Below, in pieces: positions 17,711-27,953 of a stretch of 39,999 nucleotides of DNA. The position numbers and the translations under genes were made by a program. The stretch comes from Spirochaetales bacterium (GTDB taxonomy: Bacteria > Spirochaetota > Spirochaetia > DSM-27196 > PWMO01), in the NCBI GenBank assembly GCA_007123465.1, contig SKLB01000228.1, positions 1-39,999 of the forward strand. Direction: 5' to 3'. The notes beneath the pieces were generated by a model, which worked only from the letters and a program-made list of their open reading frames with translations, searched no databases and had not been told where the DNA came from. Each line of letters begins with the position of its first letter. The stretch's first letter is position 1.

Positions 17711-19053
17711 CACTGTTTTCTCCGCGCGCGACGCGGCAGCCGTACGTGTACCGATGAGGCGCGCTCGAGCAGCCCGTCGGCAACCAGGCGGGCGGTGACC
17801 GCCCGGGCACTGTTGCGCGGAAGTCCCCACAATTGTGCCAACTGACGTTGGTGCAGCTCGCGGTCTGAACCGGATAGATGCGTCTGAGCCTCGTGGGCAA
17901 GCGTCTGCAGCGCGTGCGGAGAAACCACACGCGCGTTATCGAGAACCACCGCAAAGCCCAGCCGCTGCAGCGATTCAACCAGCGCGCGCGTGTTGGGATG
18001 ACGGTTGCGAGCCGCGTCGTAACCGGTACGCCCACAGCGTTCAATTTCCTGGCGCAACTGCCGCGCGGCCGGCGGCAGGACCTGATCTCTGGCTACATCG
18101 GCGGGGAAGAAACGCCCGTCACGCTTGACAAGCAGCGTACTGTCTGCGGCAGCCCAGCTGACAAGCGCCATCGAAAACGCGGGACCGCCCACACCGGATA
18201 CCTCGCTGACTACACGCACCGCATCACGGCTACCGATGCCCTCGTGGCGCCTGGCGGCGCGCTGCAGCGCAGCCACACAGCGATCGAGTAACGATGGAGT
18301 GGCCCACCAGCCACCGATGTCAACCGGCGCCGGCTCCTGCTGCTCCAGCCAGCTGCTGCGTTGTTGCGCCGAGCGGCACCCGACAAAACCCCATACTCGG
18401 TAGGTCACCTGCTCGATCGGCAGACCGTCTGCCAGCAGCCCAGCAGCAGCAGACGCTAAGGCATTGACGTCGCCGTGCGCCGGCAGCGCCAGCACAACCG
18501 ATAGACGGCTGCAACGGCGGCCCTGACGCAGTTCATAGTCACAGCCCGGTATCAGCGGCAACGCGCGCGTAAGCTGCAGCAGCGCGTGTCGATTGTCCCA
18601 CGGTCGGATAGCGCTCAACCCAACCTGCAGCGTGTCGGCCACCACAGATGGAACGTCGGGAATCCTGACGCTGCAGGCGCTTCCCGTACCGCTGTGTTGA
18701 AGATTCTGGCAGGAAACCAAAGCCGTTGTGGTGTTGTACTGTTCCTGTGCCGCCGCAAACAGAAGCCCCCCGGGTTTCAGTTCGCGCCGCGTAGCACCCT
18801 TGAGTACCACATCGAAGAAGCGGGAATTGCTCTGCTTACCGCTGTTGCCGCGTCCGCGGACAGTCAGCGCGCGTTTCCCCGGATAGAGCAGCAGTGCTGG
18901 AGGAGGGGCCTCACCGGCTACCGTGGCGCCGAGGCGCAGCGCAACTCCCCTGCCGGGAATCGGGGCCTCGACTTCAGACGTTTCAACCCACCACAGTGGC
19001 GGCGCCACGTACGGTGAGTTGGATTGGTTTGTGAGGGACAAGTCTTGTATCAA
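17710..19053 (-). CDS. Hypothetical protein resembling SelB/EF-Tu beta-barrel domains II-III plus C-terminal tandem winged helices, with no GTPase domain
   Basis: 447 aa, no P-loop. N-terminal PGRGVALRLGATVAG...VVLKGATRRELKPGGLL and LLQLTRALPLIPGCDYELRQGRRCSRLSVVL read like translation-factor barrel domains. C-terminus LQRLGFAVVLDN... and QLAQLWGLPRNSARAVTARLVADGLLERAS read like wHTH modules. Only 23 nt separate it from rpsU, so no G-domain exon is missing. Confidence 0.4.
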   Translation of the reverse strand: MIQDLSLTNQSNSPYVAPPLWWVETSEVEAPIPGRGVALRLGATVAGEAPPPALLLYPGKRALTVRGRGNSGKQSNSRFFDVVLKGATRRELKPGGLLFAAAQEQYNTTTALVSCQNLQHSGTGSACSVRIPDVPSVVADTLQVGLSAIRPWDNRHALLQLTRALPLIPGCDYELRQGRRCSRLSVVLALPAHGDVNALASAAAGLLADGLPIEQVTYRVWGFVGCRSAQQRSSWLEQQEPAPVDIGGWWATPSLLDRCVAALQRAARRHEGIGSRDAVRVVSEVSGVGGPAFSMALVSWAAADSTLLVKRDGRFFPADVARDQVLPPAARQLRQEIERCGRTGYDAARNRHPNTRALVESLQRLGFAVVLDNARVVSPHALQTLAHEAQTHLSGSDRELHQRQLAQLWGLPRNSARAVTARLVADGLLERASSVHVRLPRRARRKQ

Positions 19054-19076
19054 TTGTGCGCGGGAAGAATCCCGTG

Positions 19077-19292
19077 TCAGTAGTTCTTCATCGCTTGCAG
19101 CTTGCGCTGCTTCTTCAGGAGCTTACGCTCCATCGACTTGCGCTTTCTGTTTTTGATAGTCGAAGGCTTCTCGAAGTACTCGCGCTTCTTCCACTCGCGA
19201 ATGATCCCTTCCTTCTCTACCATACGCTTGAATCGTTTGATGGCTTTCTCAAGCGGTTCGCTGTCATCAACTCGTATATAGGCGATTAACAT
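19077..19292 (-). CDS. rpsU: 30S ribosomal protein S21
   Basis: [41 protein letters not shown] is the canonical S21 core. ATG 19292 overlaps the M23 stop (TGATG). Confidence 0.9.
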   Translation of the reverse strand: MLIAYIRVDDSEPLEKAIKRFKRMVEKEGIIREWKKREYFEKPSTIKNRKRKSMERKLLKKQRKLQAMKNY

Positions 19293-20263
19293 CACCCCCT
19301 TTCCGTATCTGCGGTAGTACTGTGAAGTATTGTACGGAAGATCGCGCGTTTGTCAACCAGAGGCCGCTCCAGAAAAGCTTGCGGATCAACGGGGACCCCG
19401 GCAACGCGGAACTCCCAGTGCAGATGCGGACCGGTTGCCAACCCGGTCATTCCAACAGTACCGATCGGCTGCCCGCGCCGCACCAGTTCACCCTCCGCAA
19501 CGTCAAGCCGGTCCAGATGGTAGTACAGTCCAAATACGCCCGGCAGGTGTTCGATGACCACCGACTTTCCGGTAATTATGCGGTCAGCGGCAAACACAAC
19601 CCTTCCCGCCCCGGAGGCCACTACCGCTGTTCCAGTTGGCGCAGCAAGATCGATGCCGAAGTGGATCGATTGCGCCTCGTTGCCGTCAGCGTAATCGAAA
19701 ACCCGGCGATCACCGTAGTCGGCGCTGACGCGAGCGTTCTCTACCGGAACGATGAATTCACCCTCGTTGTAAACGCGCTGTGGGTTGTGGGTGGCCACCA
19801 GCGCAATGATCTGCCGCGCCTGCTCGAGGCGGCGCGGGTCAGGTGTTTCACGAAGATCGCTCATCGCGCGGTTGAGGGCGATGCGCATCGAGGAAAACTG
19901 CCGCGGTCTGACCGTGATGCTGCGTGTACGCGCTACTTCTTCACCGTGTTCGGTGGACGCGACAACCTCCAGCAGGTACTCATCGGGCGCAAGTGTAGAC
20001 GGAATACCGAGTAACGATACCCAGACCTCAACATCACGAACCGTGGTGGTCCGGTATCCTCCGCCAGCCGTCACACGGTCGCCGTTGGCGCGGTAGAGCG
20101 CCACCCGCAATTGTACTACCTCCACTGCGGCTTGCAGGTGGACAACTAACGGTTTACCGCGCTCGATCTCACTCGGCACGTGCATCTGTATCGCTGCTGC
20201 CGGCTGCGCACACAAGAGTGCCACACCGGCAAGCGCTAGATTCCTGACGCTATTTCGGAACAC
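19292..20263 (-). CDS. M23/LytM-family metallopeptidase (secreted)
   Basis: Signal peptide [30 protein letters not shown] (HxxxD), [15 protein letters not shown] (HxH). GTG start with GAAGGA RBS. Confidence 0.85.
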   Translation of the reverse strand: MFRNSVRNLALAGVALLCAQPAAAIQMHVPSEIERGKPLVVHLQAAVEVVQLRVALYRANGDRVTAGGGYRTTTVRDVEVWVSLLGIPSTLAPDEYLLEVVASTEHGEEVARTRSITVRPRQFSSMRIALNRAMSDLRETPDPRRLEQARQIIALVATHNPQRVYNEGEFIVPVENARVSADYGDRRVFDYADGNEAQSIHFGIDLAAPTGTAVVASGAGRVVFAADRIITGKSVVIEHLPGVFGLYYHLDRLDVAEGELVRRGQPIGTVGMTGLATGPHLHWEFRVAGVPVDPQAFLERPLVDKRAIFRTILHSTTADTERG

Positions 20264-20293
20264 GGGTCCTTCTCGGTATGCGGAAATATCGCG

Positions 20294-22441
20294 CTACTCT
20301 GCATTCTCGGTTCCGGTATTGCTTCCGGTTCGGGCAATATCGACCACGCTCAGCTGCGTGTTCTCCCTATTCTGAAAATAGTTCTTTTCCAGACGAAATG
20401 CCACATCCACAACGTCATCGAGGCTGAAATCAACGTTGACGCGCTCCGCAGCATTCCAGAATACCGCCGGCCACTTGAAGCTGCCAACCGACAGGGTCAT
20501 GCGCAGATGCTGCTCCTCGCGCCCCATGAAGTCAAGCCGTGCGAGCCGGGCACGGCGCACCAGGAATACCAGTGGCGCATTCTCCTGACCGTACGGCGCC
20601 AGCGAGTCAACGATATCGTGTAGCGCCGGTGTCATGTGCGTATGCGGAATCTCGGCGTCGATCAGCACGTCCTGATCCTCATCGTGCAGCTGAATTGAGG
20701 CTGCAACGCCGGCGGCGCGCTCCAGGAATCCCGGCACCCGTTCCGAGGGCAGTGCAAAACCGGCGGCCGGATCGTGACCGCCCCACTCGTCGAGCAAGTC
20801 TTCGAACTGCCGCAGAAATTCGGTAGCCAGGAATCCGCGCACGCTGCGAACCGATCCAACGGTCTTGCCGTCTACACTCGTCATCACCATCGCCGGTGCG
20901 CGAAACTGACGGCAGAGCCGGCCGGCGAGGATTCCGGTTATGCCACGGTGCACCTCGTCGTCGTGTACTACTACCAGCTTTCCGCCAAACGTCTCCAGGC
21001 TGACGCGCGCCTGGGGCTGGATACGGGTCCATGCCTGGTCACCTATGTCGCGGCGGCGCACGTTGAGCTGGACAACCTGCTCCACAAGCGCTGCAATCTC
21101 GGCACTGTCCTGCGACAGGAAGAGCCGGACCGCCTTGTCCGGCTCTCCCATGCGGCCGGACGCGTTTATCACCGGCGCCAGCTGGTAGCCGATGTCCTGA
21201 GATGTGATGGTCTTGCCCAGCAGCCCCTGGCGCTCAATCAGCGCCAACAGTCCCGGCCGCGGCGCTTCTCGCATTGCACTAAGCCCCATGTGCACCAGGA
21301 TACGGTTTTCGTCACGCAGCGGCATCATATCGGCGATTGTTCCCAGAGCAATCAGGTCGCTGACCGCACTGTAGGCGGTCTCCAGGGCGGGTACACGTTT
21401 CTGCATGTAGAGCGAAAACAGCGCTACGAACACGTCGATCTCTTCCGGCCGGCGACTGCGGTAGCGCGGCAGCTTTGAGCTTTCCAGCATCTTGAGCAGG
21501 CTGCGCCCTTCGAGCGCCGGGAAGACCTTCCACACCTCCGGGGCGGCATCGAGCAACGCTACGTCCACGCGATTGCCGAAGACACGCCGGATCATGCGCT
21601 CCTGCGCCGCGGCATCGTAGGCGATGACTTCGTGCCCGTGCAGAAACGCGCCAATTCGCGTGTCTTCAATCCCTACCATGCCCGGTACAACCGTCTCGGA
21701 TATGCGGTCGATTTCTACCAGGTTCTCAAGCTTCACGGCATCGATGATGATGGTGTCGTTTCCCGGTCTGACGTTGAGCAGGCAGACGGTCTGTTTGTAG
21801 AGCTCGGTCTGTGCCAGCTGCAGCGCCCAGCGCAGCTTGGCGGCCAGCGCGCAGCCGCACAGGCCGGCAAACGGATAACCGCTATCCGGCATCTTGGGAT
21901 TGACGATTGCCACCGCGGCGGGGATCTCCAGTTGAGGGTTATGATGGTCAATTACGATCACATCGATCCCCAGCTCTGTAGCGCGCGCAACCTCGATGGT
22001 ATTGGTGATTCCGCAGTCAACAGCCACTATCAAGCTGCCGTCAGCGGCAGCAAAGCGCTCGACGGTCTCCACGGTCAGCCCGTAGGGCTCGTCGCCCAGC
22101 GGCAGGGCCCAGCTGACCTCAATAGCCAGCTCGCGTAAAGTCTGTACCAGAATCGATATGCTGGTAATCCCGTCGGCATCGCGGTCTCCGAATACCAGCA
22201 CTTTCTCGCCTTCGGCTTTGGCGGTCAGAATGCGGTCAACTGCGTCTTCCATCTCTTCAAACAGGAACGGATTGTGCAGGTACTGCGGATCTTTCTCGAG
22301 GAAGTAGAGCAGATCCTGCGGCTCGATCAATCCACGGCGCACCAGAATGGCGGCGGGCAGCAACTCGATACGGTGAGTCTGCGACAATTCGCGTACCAGC
22401 TCTGCGTCAACCGGCGGCTTTGTCCACTTCATTGAATTCAT
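20294..22441 (-). CDS. recJ: Single-stranded-DNA-specific exonuclease RecJ (long form with C-terminal extension)
   Basis: DHH-family motifs FGDRDADGITS, AVDCGITN, VIVIDHHNP, and DHHA1 GGH (WGGHDPAAG). The preferred start MNSMKW at 22441 overlaps the upstream stop (TGATG). Confidence 0.9.
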   Translation of the reverse strand: MNSMKWTKPPVDAELVRELSQTHRIELLPAAILVRRGLIEPQDLLYFLEKDPQYLHNPFLFEEMEDAVDRILTAKAEGEKVLVFGDRDADGITSISILVQTLRELAIEVSWALPLGDEPYGLTVETVERFAAADGSLIVAVDCGITNTIEVARATELGIDVIVIDHHNPQLEIPAAVAIVNPKMPDSGYPFAGLCGCALAAKLRWALQLAQTELYKQTVCLLNVRPGNDTIIIDAVKLENLVEIDRISETVVPGMVGIEDTRIGAFLHGHEVIAYDAAAQERMIRRVFGNRVDVALLDAAPEVWKVFPALEGRSLLKMLESSKLPRYRSRRPEEIDVFVALFSLYMQKRVPALETAYSAVSDLIALGTIADMMPLRDENRILVHMGLSAMREAPRPGLLALIERQGLLGKTITSQDIGYQLAPVINASGRMGEPDKAVRLFLSQDSAEIAALVEQVVQLNVRRRDIGDQAWTRIQPQARVSLETFGGKLVVVHDDEVHRGITGILAGRLCRQFRAPAMVMTSVDGKTVGSVRSVRGFLATEFLRQFEDLLDEWGGHDPAAGFALPSERVPGFLERAAGVAASIQLHDEDQDVLIDAEIPHTHMTPALHDIVDSLAPYGQENAPLVFLVRRARLARLDFMGREEQHLRMTLSVGSFKWPAVFWNAAERVNVDFSLDDVVDVAFRLEKNYFQNRENTQLSVVDIARTGSNTGTENAE

Positions 22442-23781
22442 CAAAGGTTGGTTATCTCTTGCAGAATAACTGGTAACTGCTGCACCGGGGAGGATCCTAC
22501 ACGAAACGCCTGCTCCAGCAACTGCCGAGCGTTTTGCAGCGCCTGCTCGCCGGCAGCGTAGATGGTGCACAGAGCATCACCGCAGCCAACGCGGCTGCCG
22601 CGCTTAGTGTGGATTTCAATACCAACGTGCGGCAGAACGTCATCGTCGGCCTTGTTGCGGCCCACTCCCAGGTAGACCCCCGCCATTCCGACCTTGTAGG
22701 CGTCGATCTGCTCTACATAACCGGCGTCCGCGGCCGTGATCGTGTGGCTTTCGGGGGCGCGCCAGTTCTGATAGCGCCGCTCGAGAACCGCTGGATCGGC
22801 TCCCTGCAATTCAACGTTGCGCACAAAACGGCGCCACGCGCTGCGGTCATCGAGTTTCTGCCCGGCAAGCTCGCACCCCTGCTCAACCGTGGAGCACGTG
22901 CCGCCGAGCACCAGCATCCAGGCGGCGAGTCGCAGCGTCACTTCCATCAGATCCGCCGAGCGCGCATCGGGCTGCAGACCGCGCGAACCCACGCTGCCGT
23001 GCAGGCACGCTATCGATTCTTCAACTTCCAGGAAGTTGCCGACCATGTGCCCCAGCGGCTGTTCCATTGCGGTAAGCACCGCAACCACCCGTTTTCCCAA
23101 CGCATCGCCGGTTTCCACCAGAGACTCCGCGAGCTCTCGCGCCTGCGCGTTGGTCTTCATGAACGCCCCCGAACCGCACTTGACGTCAAACACAAGCGCG
23201 TCCGAGCCTTCGGCAAACTTCTTTGACAGGATGCTGGCGGTAATAAGGGGAACGGATTCAACCGTTCCGGTGACGTCGCGCAGCGCGTAGAGCAGCCGGT
23301 CAGCCGGCACTACATCTGCACTCTGGCCGGTCATCGCGTAGCCCACCTCGCGCAGAACGTCACGAAAGCGGTCCATCGACAGAGCGGTAGTGTAGCCCTC
23401 AATCGACTCGAGCTTGTCGAGCGTACCCCCGGTGTGCCCAAGTGCCCGGCCGCTCATCATCGGCACCGGCACTCCGCAGGCAGCCACCAGCGGGGCCAGG
23501 ATCAGCGATACCTTGTCCCCTACACCGCCGGTGGAGTGTTTGTCGACAAACGGTCCGGCAATACCCGACAGGTCAAAGACGGTGCCGGATTGAATCATGA
23601 CATCGGTAAGATGACCGGTCTCCTCACGCGACATCCCGCAGAAGTACACCGCCATCAGCCACGCGGAGACCTGATACTCCGGAATTGAACCGTCAACGTA
23701 TCCGTTAATCAGATAAGCGATCTCATCCCGGCTGAGTGCCTCGTTATTCCGTTTCTTGACTACCAGATCCACCGCGCGCAT
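22441..23781 (-). CDS. Thymidine / pyrimidine-nucleoside phosphorylase
   Basis: Homology begins at MRAVDLVVKKRNNEALSRDEI. Signature DKHSTGGVGDK, then GRALGHTGGTLDKLES. The ORF-track start at 24183 is a 134-codon upstream extension with no family resemblance. Confidence 0.9.
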   Translation of the reverse strand: MRAVDLVVKKRNNEALSRDEIAYLINGYVDGSIPEYQVSAWLMAVYFCGMSREETGHLTDVMIQSGTVFDLSGIAGPFVDKHSTGGVGDKVSLILAPLVAACGVPVPMMSGRALGHTGGTLDKLESIEGYTTALSMDRFRDVLREVGYAMTGQSADVVPADRLLYALRDVTGTVESVPLITASILSKKFAEGSDALVFDVKCGSGAFMKTNAQARELAESLVETGDALGKRVVAVLTAMEQPLGHMVGNFLEVEESIACLHGSVGSRGLQPDARSADLMEVTLRLAAWMLVLGGTCSTVEQGCELAGQKLDDRSAWRRFVRNVELQGADPAVLERRYQNWRAPESHTITAADAGYVEQIDAYKVGMAGVYLGVGRNKADDDVLPHVGIEIHTKRGSRVGCGDALCTIYAAGEQALQNARQLLEQAFRVGSSPVQQLPVILQEITNL

Positions 23782-23871
23782 ACATTCTCCAGGGCCCAGA
23801 GAGTAGCACGAATGCCGGACCGTGAGAACCGGTCGAGCAAAGCGCCCTTGTGCCGGCAGGGCGAACTGCAT

Positions 23872-24735
23872 ATGATGCAGCCCATGAACTACCGTATGAT
23901 CACCGGCAATACGCAGCTGCAGGCGCTGCAGCAATCGCTTTCGCAGCGTGATGTTGCGGTTATTGCACTCGATGTGGAAGCCGAGTTCAACCTGCACGTC
24001 TACGGGGAGCGGCTCTGCCTGATTCAACTCTATGACGGAGAACAGCTTAGCGCAGTTGATCCGCTGGAGATCGACCGTCCGCTGCTCAGAGCCTTTTTTG
24101 AGGATCGCGGCGTACTCAAGATCATGTACGACTCGCTGAGCGACCAGTCGCTGCTGTTCAAGACGCTTGAAACGCGGATTCATTCAATCGTCGATCTGAA
24201 GCCCGCGGTTGATCTGCTGCAGTACACCAGGCGCGATCTGGGTTCGGTACTCAACCACGCGTTGGGAATCACTATCGAGAAGAAGTCGCGTTTCCAGCGT
24301 TACAACTGGACCACCCGCCCCCTGGCAGCCGACGCGGTTGAGTACGCCATGTCCGACGTGGCGCATCTTTTTGCGCTCAAGGATCACCTGCTGGCCGAGC
24401 TCAGCGCGGCAGGACTCATCGACGCCTACCTGTTGAAGAATCTGATGCTGCAGAACAAGCCCCCCGATATCAATCGCCGGCCGCGGCTGTTCCGATCGGG
24501 AGAATTCCGCAATCTCTCAGCATCAGCCAGGCAGCGCTTTGAGCGCATTTACGAGATCCGCGACGGTTACGCGCGCGAGGCCGACCTGCCGCCGGATACG
24601 CTGCTTGCCAAGCGACATCTGTTTCAGATTGCCGCCAATCGAATGCCGGCCGCTGCGCTGGAGGTCAACCCGCGAGTACCACGACCCATCCACCGCAAGA
24701 TGGTTGCCGATATCGAAGCGCTGTTGGATCAGTGA
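23872..24735 (+). CDS. RNase D-like 3'-5' exonuclease with HRDC domain
   Basis: DEDD ExoI ALDVEAEF, ExoII YDSLSDQ, ExoIII YAMSDVAHL (DEDDy), and C-terminal HRDC-like RFERIYEIRDGYAREADLPPDTLL. The exact start is among ATG 23872, 23875 and 23884. Confidence 0.75.
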   Translation: MMQPMNYRMITGNTQLQALQQSLSQRDVAVIALDVEAEFNLHVYGERLCLIQLYDGEQLSAVDPLEIDRPLLRAFFEDRGVLKIMYDSLSDQSLLFKTLETRIHSIVDLKPAVDLLQYTRRDLGSVLNHALGITIEKKSRFQRYNWTTRPLAADAVEYAMSDVAHLFALKDHLLAELSAAGLIDAYLLKNLMLQNKPPDINRRPRLFRSGEFRNLSASARQRFERIYEIRDGYAREADLPPDTLLAKRHLFQIAANRMPAAALEVNPRVPRPIHRKMVADIEALLDQ

Positions 24736-24749
24736 TGACCGCGGCACTA

Positions 24750-25502
24750 TCACAGTATCCCGCCGCCGATACGAAGCGTATTGAGCGGCGTCTCGGCCAC
24801 ATCCTGGATTAAACGGTAGAGTACGCTTCGGGCGTTCTGCAGCGCCGCGTCGTCGAGACCGATCTTCAGCGCCGCTGAGAACTCCAGCCGTCCGCTGTAC
24901 TGCAGGTAGTCCGCCGCTGCCCGGCCCAGGGCAGTGACCGTGCCGGGCTGGGCGCAGCTGGCGCAGACGAAACCGGTCTGCCGCGGTTCGTAGTAACGCC
25001 TTGAATCTGCTGCCAACCCGGCTCCGCAGTCGGCGCACACGCCGAGTTCCGGCTGCAGTCCGGCGGTCTCCAGGTAACGCCACAGGAACTGGATACTGAC
25101 CGGGCGGAAATCGGCAGCGCTATCGAGAGCCCGCAGCGCGTCCAACAGCAGCGTAAACAGTCGGTCGCTCTCAGCCCCTCCGCCAAAGGTCTTGAGCACC
25201 AACTCGGCCCACAAAGACGCGCTGTAGAACCGCGTGACCGATTCACGCAGCCCGGAAAAGAAGTCATTCACGCTGAGATCGGTGATCTTGATGCTCTTCT
25301 TGACCGGATCGGTGTAGAGATAACAGTGTCCGTAGCAGAACGGATTGGTAACGCCGCGCAATTTTCCCTTCTGCGAGTAGGCCCCGTGCGCAATTGCGGA
25401 CAGCAGCCCCTGCTGCGGGGTAAGCATGGTCACACCCTTGTGGATATCCCCGATACGCGAGTTCTTCAAAATAATGACGTCGGTTGCACTGTTACGGTTC
25501 AT
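24750..25502 (-). CDS. recO: DNA repair protein RecO
   Basis: N-terminal OB region DVIILKNSRIGDIHKGVTMLTPQQG, and the zinc-finger pairs CADCG...CASC. Confidence 0.85.
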   Translation of the reverse strand: MNRNSATDVIILKNSRIGDIHKGVTMLTPQQGLLSAIAHGAYSQKGKLRGVTNPFCYGHCYLYTDPVKKSIKITDLSVNDFFSGLRESVTRFYSASLWAELVLKTFGGGAESDRLFTLLLDALRALDSAADFRPVSIQFLWRYLETAGLQPELGVCADCGAGLAADSRRYYEPRQTGFVCASCAQPGTVTALGRAAADYLQYSGRLEFSAALKIGLDDAALQNARSVLYRLIQDVAETPLNTLRIGGGIL

Positions 25503-25516
25503 TGTCGGTTTGCCGC

Positions 25517-25546
25517 TTGACTGCACTTACAGGCCATAGTCATATT
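25517..25546 (+). promoter_or_regulatory. Possible sigma-70-like promoter for lon (TTGACT-N18-CATATT)
   Basis: TTGACT at 25517-25522 and CATATT at 25541-25546, about 40 nt upstream of the lon ATG with AAGGTG RBS. Confidence 0.3.
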
Positions 25547-25585
25547 ATACCAAGTACACAGCTATCTAGCTCACAAGGTGAAACA

Positions 25586-27943
25586 ATGTCGAGTCCACAC
25601 GCAATCATTCCGGCTGACCAGATTCTGCCGGCCAAGCTTCTTGTTATCCCGTTATCGGGTAAGCCGATCTTTCCCGGGATCTTTACCCCCATGATGATCA
25701 CTTCACAGGAGGATATTGCGGTAATCGAGCAGTCGCTGGCAGGCGACAGCATGATCGGGCTTACCCTGTTGCGCGATGAAGATACACAAGAGCCTACCGG
25801 CGACGACCTGCATCAGGTGGGAACGGTGGCCAAGATCATGAAAAAAATCAACCTGCCCGACGGTGGTCTCAACATATTTGTCTCAACGCTGAAGCGCTTC
25901 CGCATCAAGAAAGTGCTGAACCGCAGCGGGCCGATTGCCGTAGCCGTTGAATATCTCGAAGACAACTACGATTCGGCAACCGGAGATGAAATCAAGGCGC
26001 TGACGCGCTCGCTGATTGGCGAGATGAAGCAGGTCTCCGAAAACAACCCGCTGTTTTCCGAGGAGATGCGGCTGAATATGGTCAACATTGACCACCCGGG
26101 GAAGATTGCAGACTTCTCCTGCTCAATTCTCAACATCGATCGTGAGGACCAGCAGCGGATTCTGGAAACCTCCGATGTCAAGAGCCGAATGGAGCAGGTG
26201 CTGATCCACATCAAGCGCGAACAGGAACTCTTGCGCCTGCAGAAGAAGATCCAGCAACAGATCAACGAGAAGATCGAGAAAAGCCAGCGCGAATACTTTC
26301 TCAAAGAGGAGCTCAAGGCCATCAAGCAGGAACTCGGCATGCCGGTGGACGCAAAGAGTTCTGAGCACCAGCGCTTCCGGGACGAAATCGAAAAGCTGCA
26401 GCTCTCAGCCGAAGTGCGCGAACAGGTCGAGCAGGAACTCGAGAAGTTTTCTTTGACCGAGCCGAGCTCGCCGGAGTTCCAGGTAACACGCAACTACCTC
26501 GACACCATCATCAATCTACCCTGGAACGATCCCAAACCCGAACAGATCGACATCCGACGCGCCGAACGCATACTGAACGCCGACCACTACGGGCTCGAGG
26601 ACGTCAAGGAGCGCATACTCGAGTTCCTGTCGGTGCGCAAGCTGAAACAGGACGCCAAAGGGTCGATAGTCTGCCTGGTTGGACCTCCCGGAGTTGGTAA
26701 GACATCGGTGGGTAAGTCGATTGCCAGGGCGCTCGGCAAGCAGTTCTTCCGATTCTCGGTTGGCGGTATGCGCGACGAAGCCGAAATCAAGGGACACCGA
26801 CGCACCTACGTCGGCGCAATGCCCGGCAAGATCATTCAGGGCCTGAAGGCGGTCAAAACCAACGATCCGGTGTTCATGATCGATGAAATCGACAAGCTCG
26901 GGGCATCGTTCCAGGGAGACCCATCATCGGCGCTGCTCGAAGTGCTCGATCCCGAGCAGAACGTGGCGTTCCGCGATCACTACCTGGACCTGCCGTTTGA
27001 TATCTCCAACATCTTCTTCATCACCACCGCCAACACGCTCGACAGTATCCCGGCGCCGCTGCGTGACCGCATGGAGATCATCCGCCTGTCGGGTTATATC
27101 GATGACGAAAAAGTTGCCATCGCACGCAAGTATCTGCTTCCAAAATCGCTGCAGCGCGCCGGCCTCGGCAAACGCGATGTCAAGTACAGCAAGAAGTGTC
27201 TGCTTCAGATTGCCAACGGTTACGCCCGCGAAGCCGGCGTCCGTAACCTCGAAAAGGCCCTGGACCGCATCCACCGCAAACTTGCCCACCGCGTGGTACT
27301 GGAGCAGGAGCAGCAGCCGTTTACTATCGAGGTCGAGCAACTCGATGACCTGCTGGGCAAGCGCATCTTCAAAGATGACCTGGAGCGGCGCAGCACGGTT
27401 GCCGGAACCGCCACCGGCCTGGCGTGGACTCCGCACGGCGGTGACGTGCTGGTGATCGAAGCGGTCAGCAATCCGGGCAAAGAAGGCTTTCACATAACCG
27501 GCCAGATGGGCGACGTAATGCAGGAGTCGGCGCGCATCGCCTACACCTGGGTCCGCCATATAGCCGAACGCTTCAAGGTGCCGGCAGAATACTTTGAGCA
27601 GCGCCAGATCCATCTGCACATCCCCGCCGGCGCTACACCCAAGGACGGACCATCTGCCGGCATCACTATGGCGGCCAGCCTGTTGTCACTGGCAACCGAC
27701 AAACGTGTACGCACCCGCCTGGCGATGACCGGTGAGCTTTCATTGGTGGGCACGGTTCTGCCGGTTGGCGGACTCAAGGAAAAGACCATCGCCGCACGCC
27801 GTTACAAGATCAAAGAGCTCATTATCCCCAAAGAGAATGAGCGCGATCTTGAAGACATTCCGCAGCACATTAAACGCGGCATAACGTTCCACGCGGTGCG
27901 TACCATGGACGAGGTCGTTGAAAAAATCTTTCAAACCCGGTAA
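25586..27943 (+). CDS. lon: ATP-dependent Lon protease (LonA)
   Basis: LON N-domain (LLVIPLSGKPIFPGIF), Walker A GPPGVGKTS, Walker B VFMIDEIDK, protease site KDGPSAGITM with the downstream Lys. Confidence 0.95.
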   Translation: MSSPHAIIPADQILPAKLLVIPLSGKPIFPGIFTPMMITSQEDIAVIEQSLAGDSMIGLTLLRDEDTQEPTGDDLHQVGTVAKIMKKINLPDGGLNIFVSTLKRFRIKKVLNRSGPIAVAVEYLEDNYDSATGDEIKALTRSLIGEMKQVSENNPLFSEEMRLNMVNIDHPGKIADFSCSILNIDREDQQRILETSDVKSRMEQVLIHIKREQELLRLQKKIQQQINEKIEKSQREYFLKEELKAIKQELGMPVDAKSSEHQRFRDEIEKLQLSAEVREQVEQELEKFSLTEPSSPEFQVTRNYLDTIINLPWNDPKPEQIDIRRAERILNADHYGLEDVKERILEFLSVRKLKQDAKGSIVCLVGPPGVGKTSVGKSIARALGKQFFRFSVGGMRDEAEIKGHRRTYVGAMPGKIIQGLKAVKTNDPVFMIDEIDKLGASFQGDPSSALLEVLDPEQNVAFRDHYLDLPFDISNIFFITTANTLDSIPAPLRDRMEIIRLSGYIDDEKVAIARKYLLPKSLQRAGLGKRDVKYSKKCLLQIANGYAREAGVRNLEKALDRIHRKLAHRVVLEQEQQPFTIEVEQLDDLLGKRIFKDDLERRSTVAGTATGLAWTPHGGDVLVIEAVSNPGKEGFHITGQMGDVMQESARIAYTWVRHIAERFKVPAEYFEQRQIHLHIPAGATPKDGPSAGITMAASLLSLATDKRVRTRLAMTGELSLVGTVLPVGGLKEKTIAARRYKIKELIIPKENERDLEDIPQHIKRGITFHAVRTMDEVVEKIFQTR

Positions 27944-27953
27944 GAGTTCCCGT

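Noticed and set aside
23782-24183. 134-codon upstream extension of the thymidine phosphorylase ORF
   Set aside because: Family similarity begins at MRAVDLV (ATG 23781). The extension is antisense to the well-supported RNase D-like gene.
25516-25540. Sigma-32 heat-shock promoter for lon (CTTGA ... CCATAGT)
   Set aside because: The spacer between the putative -35 and the CCCCAT-like element is about 9-11 nt instead of 13-15, and the -10 match is poor.
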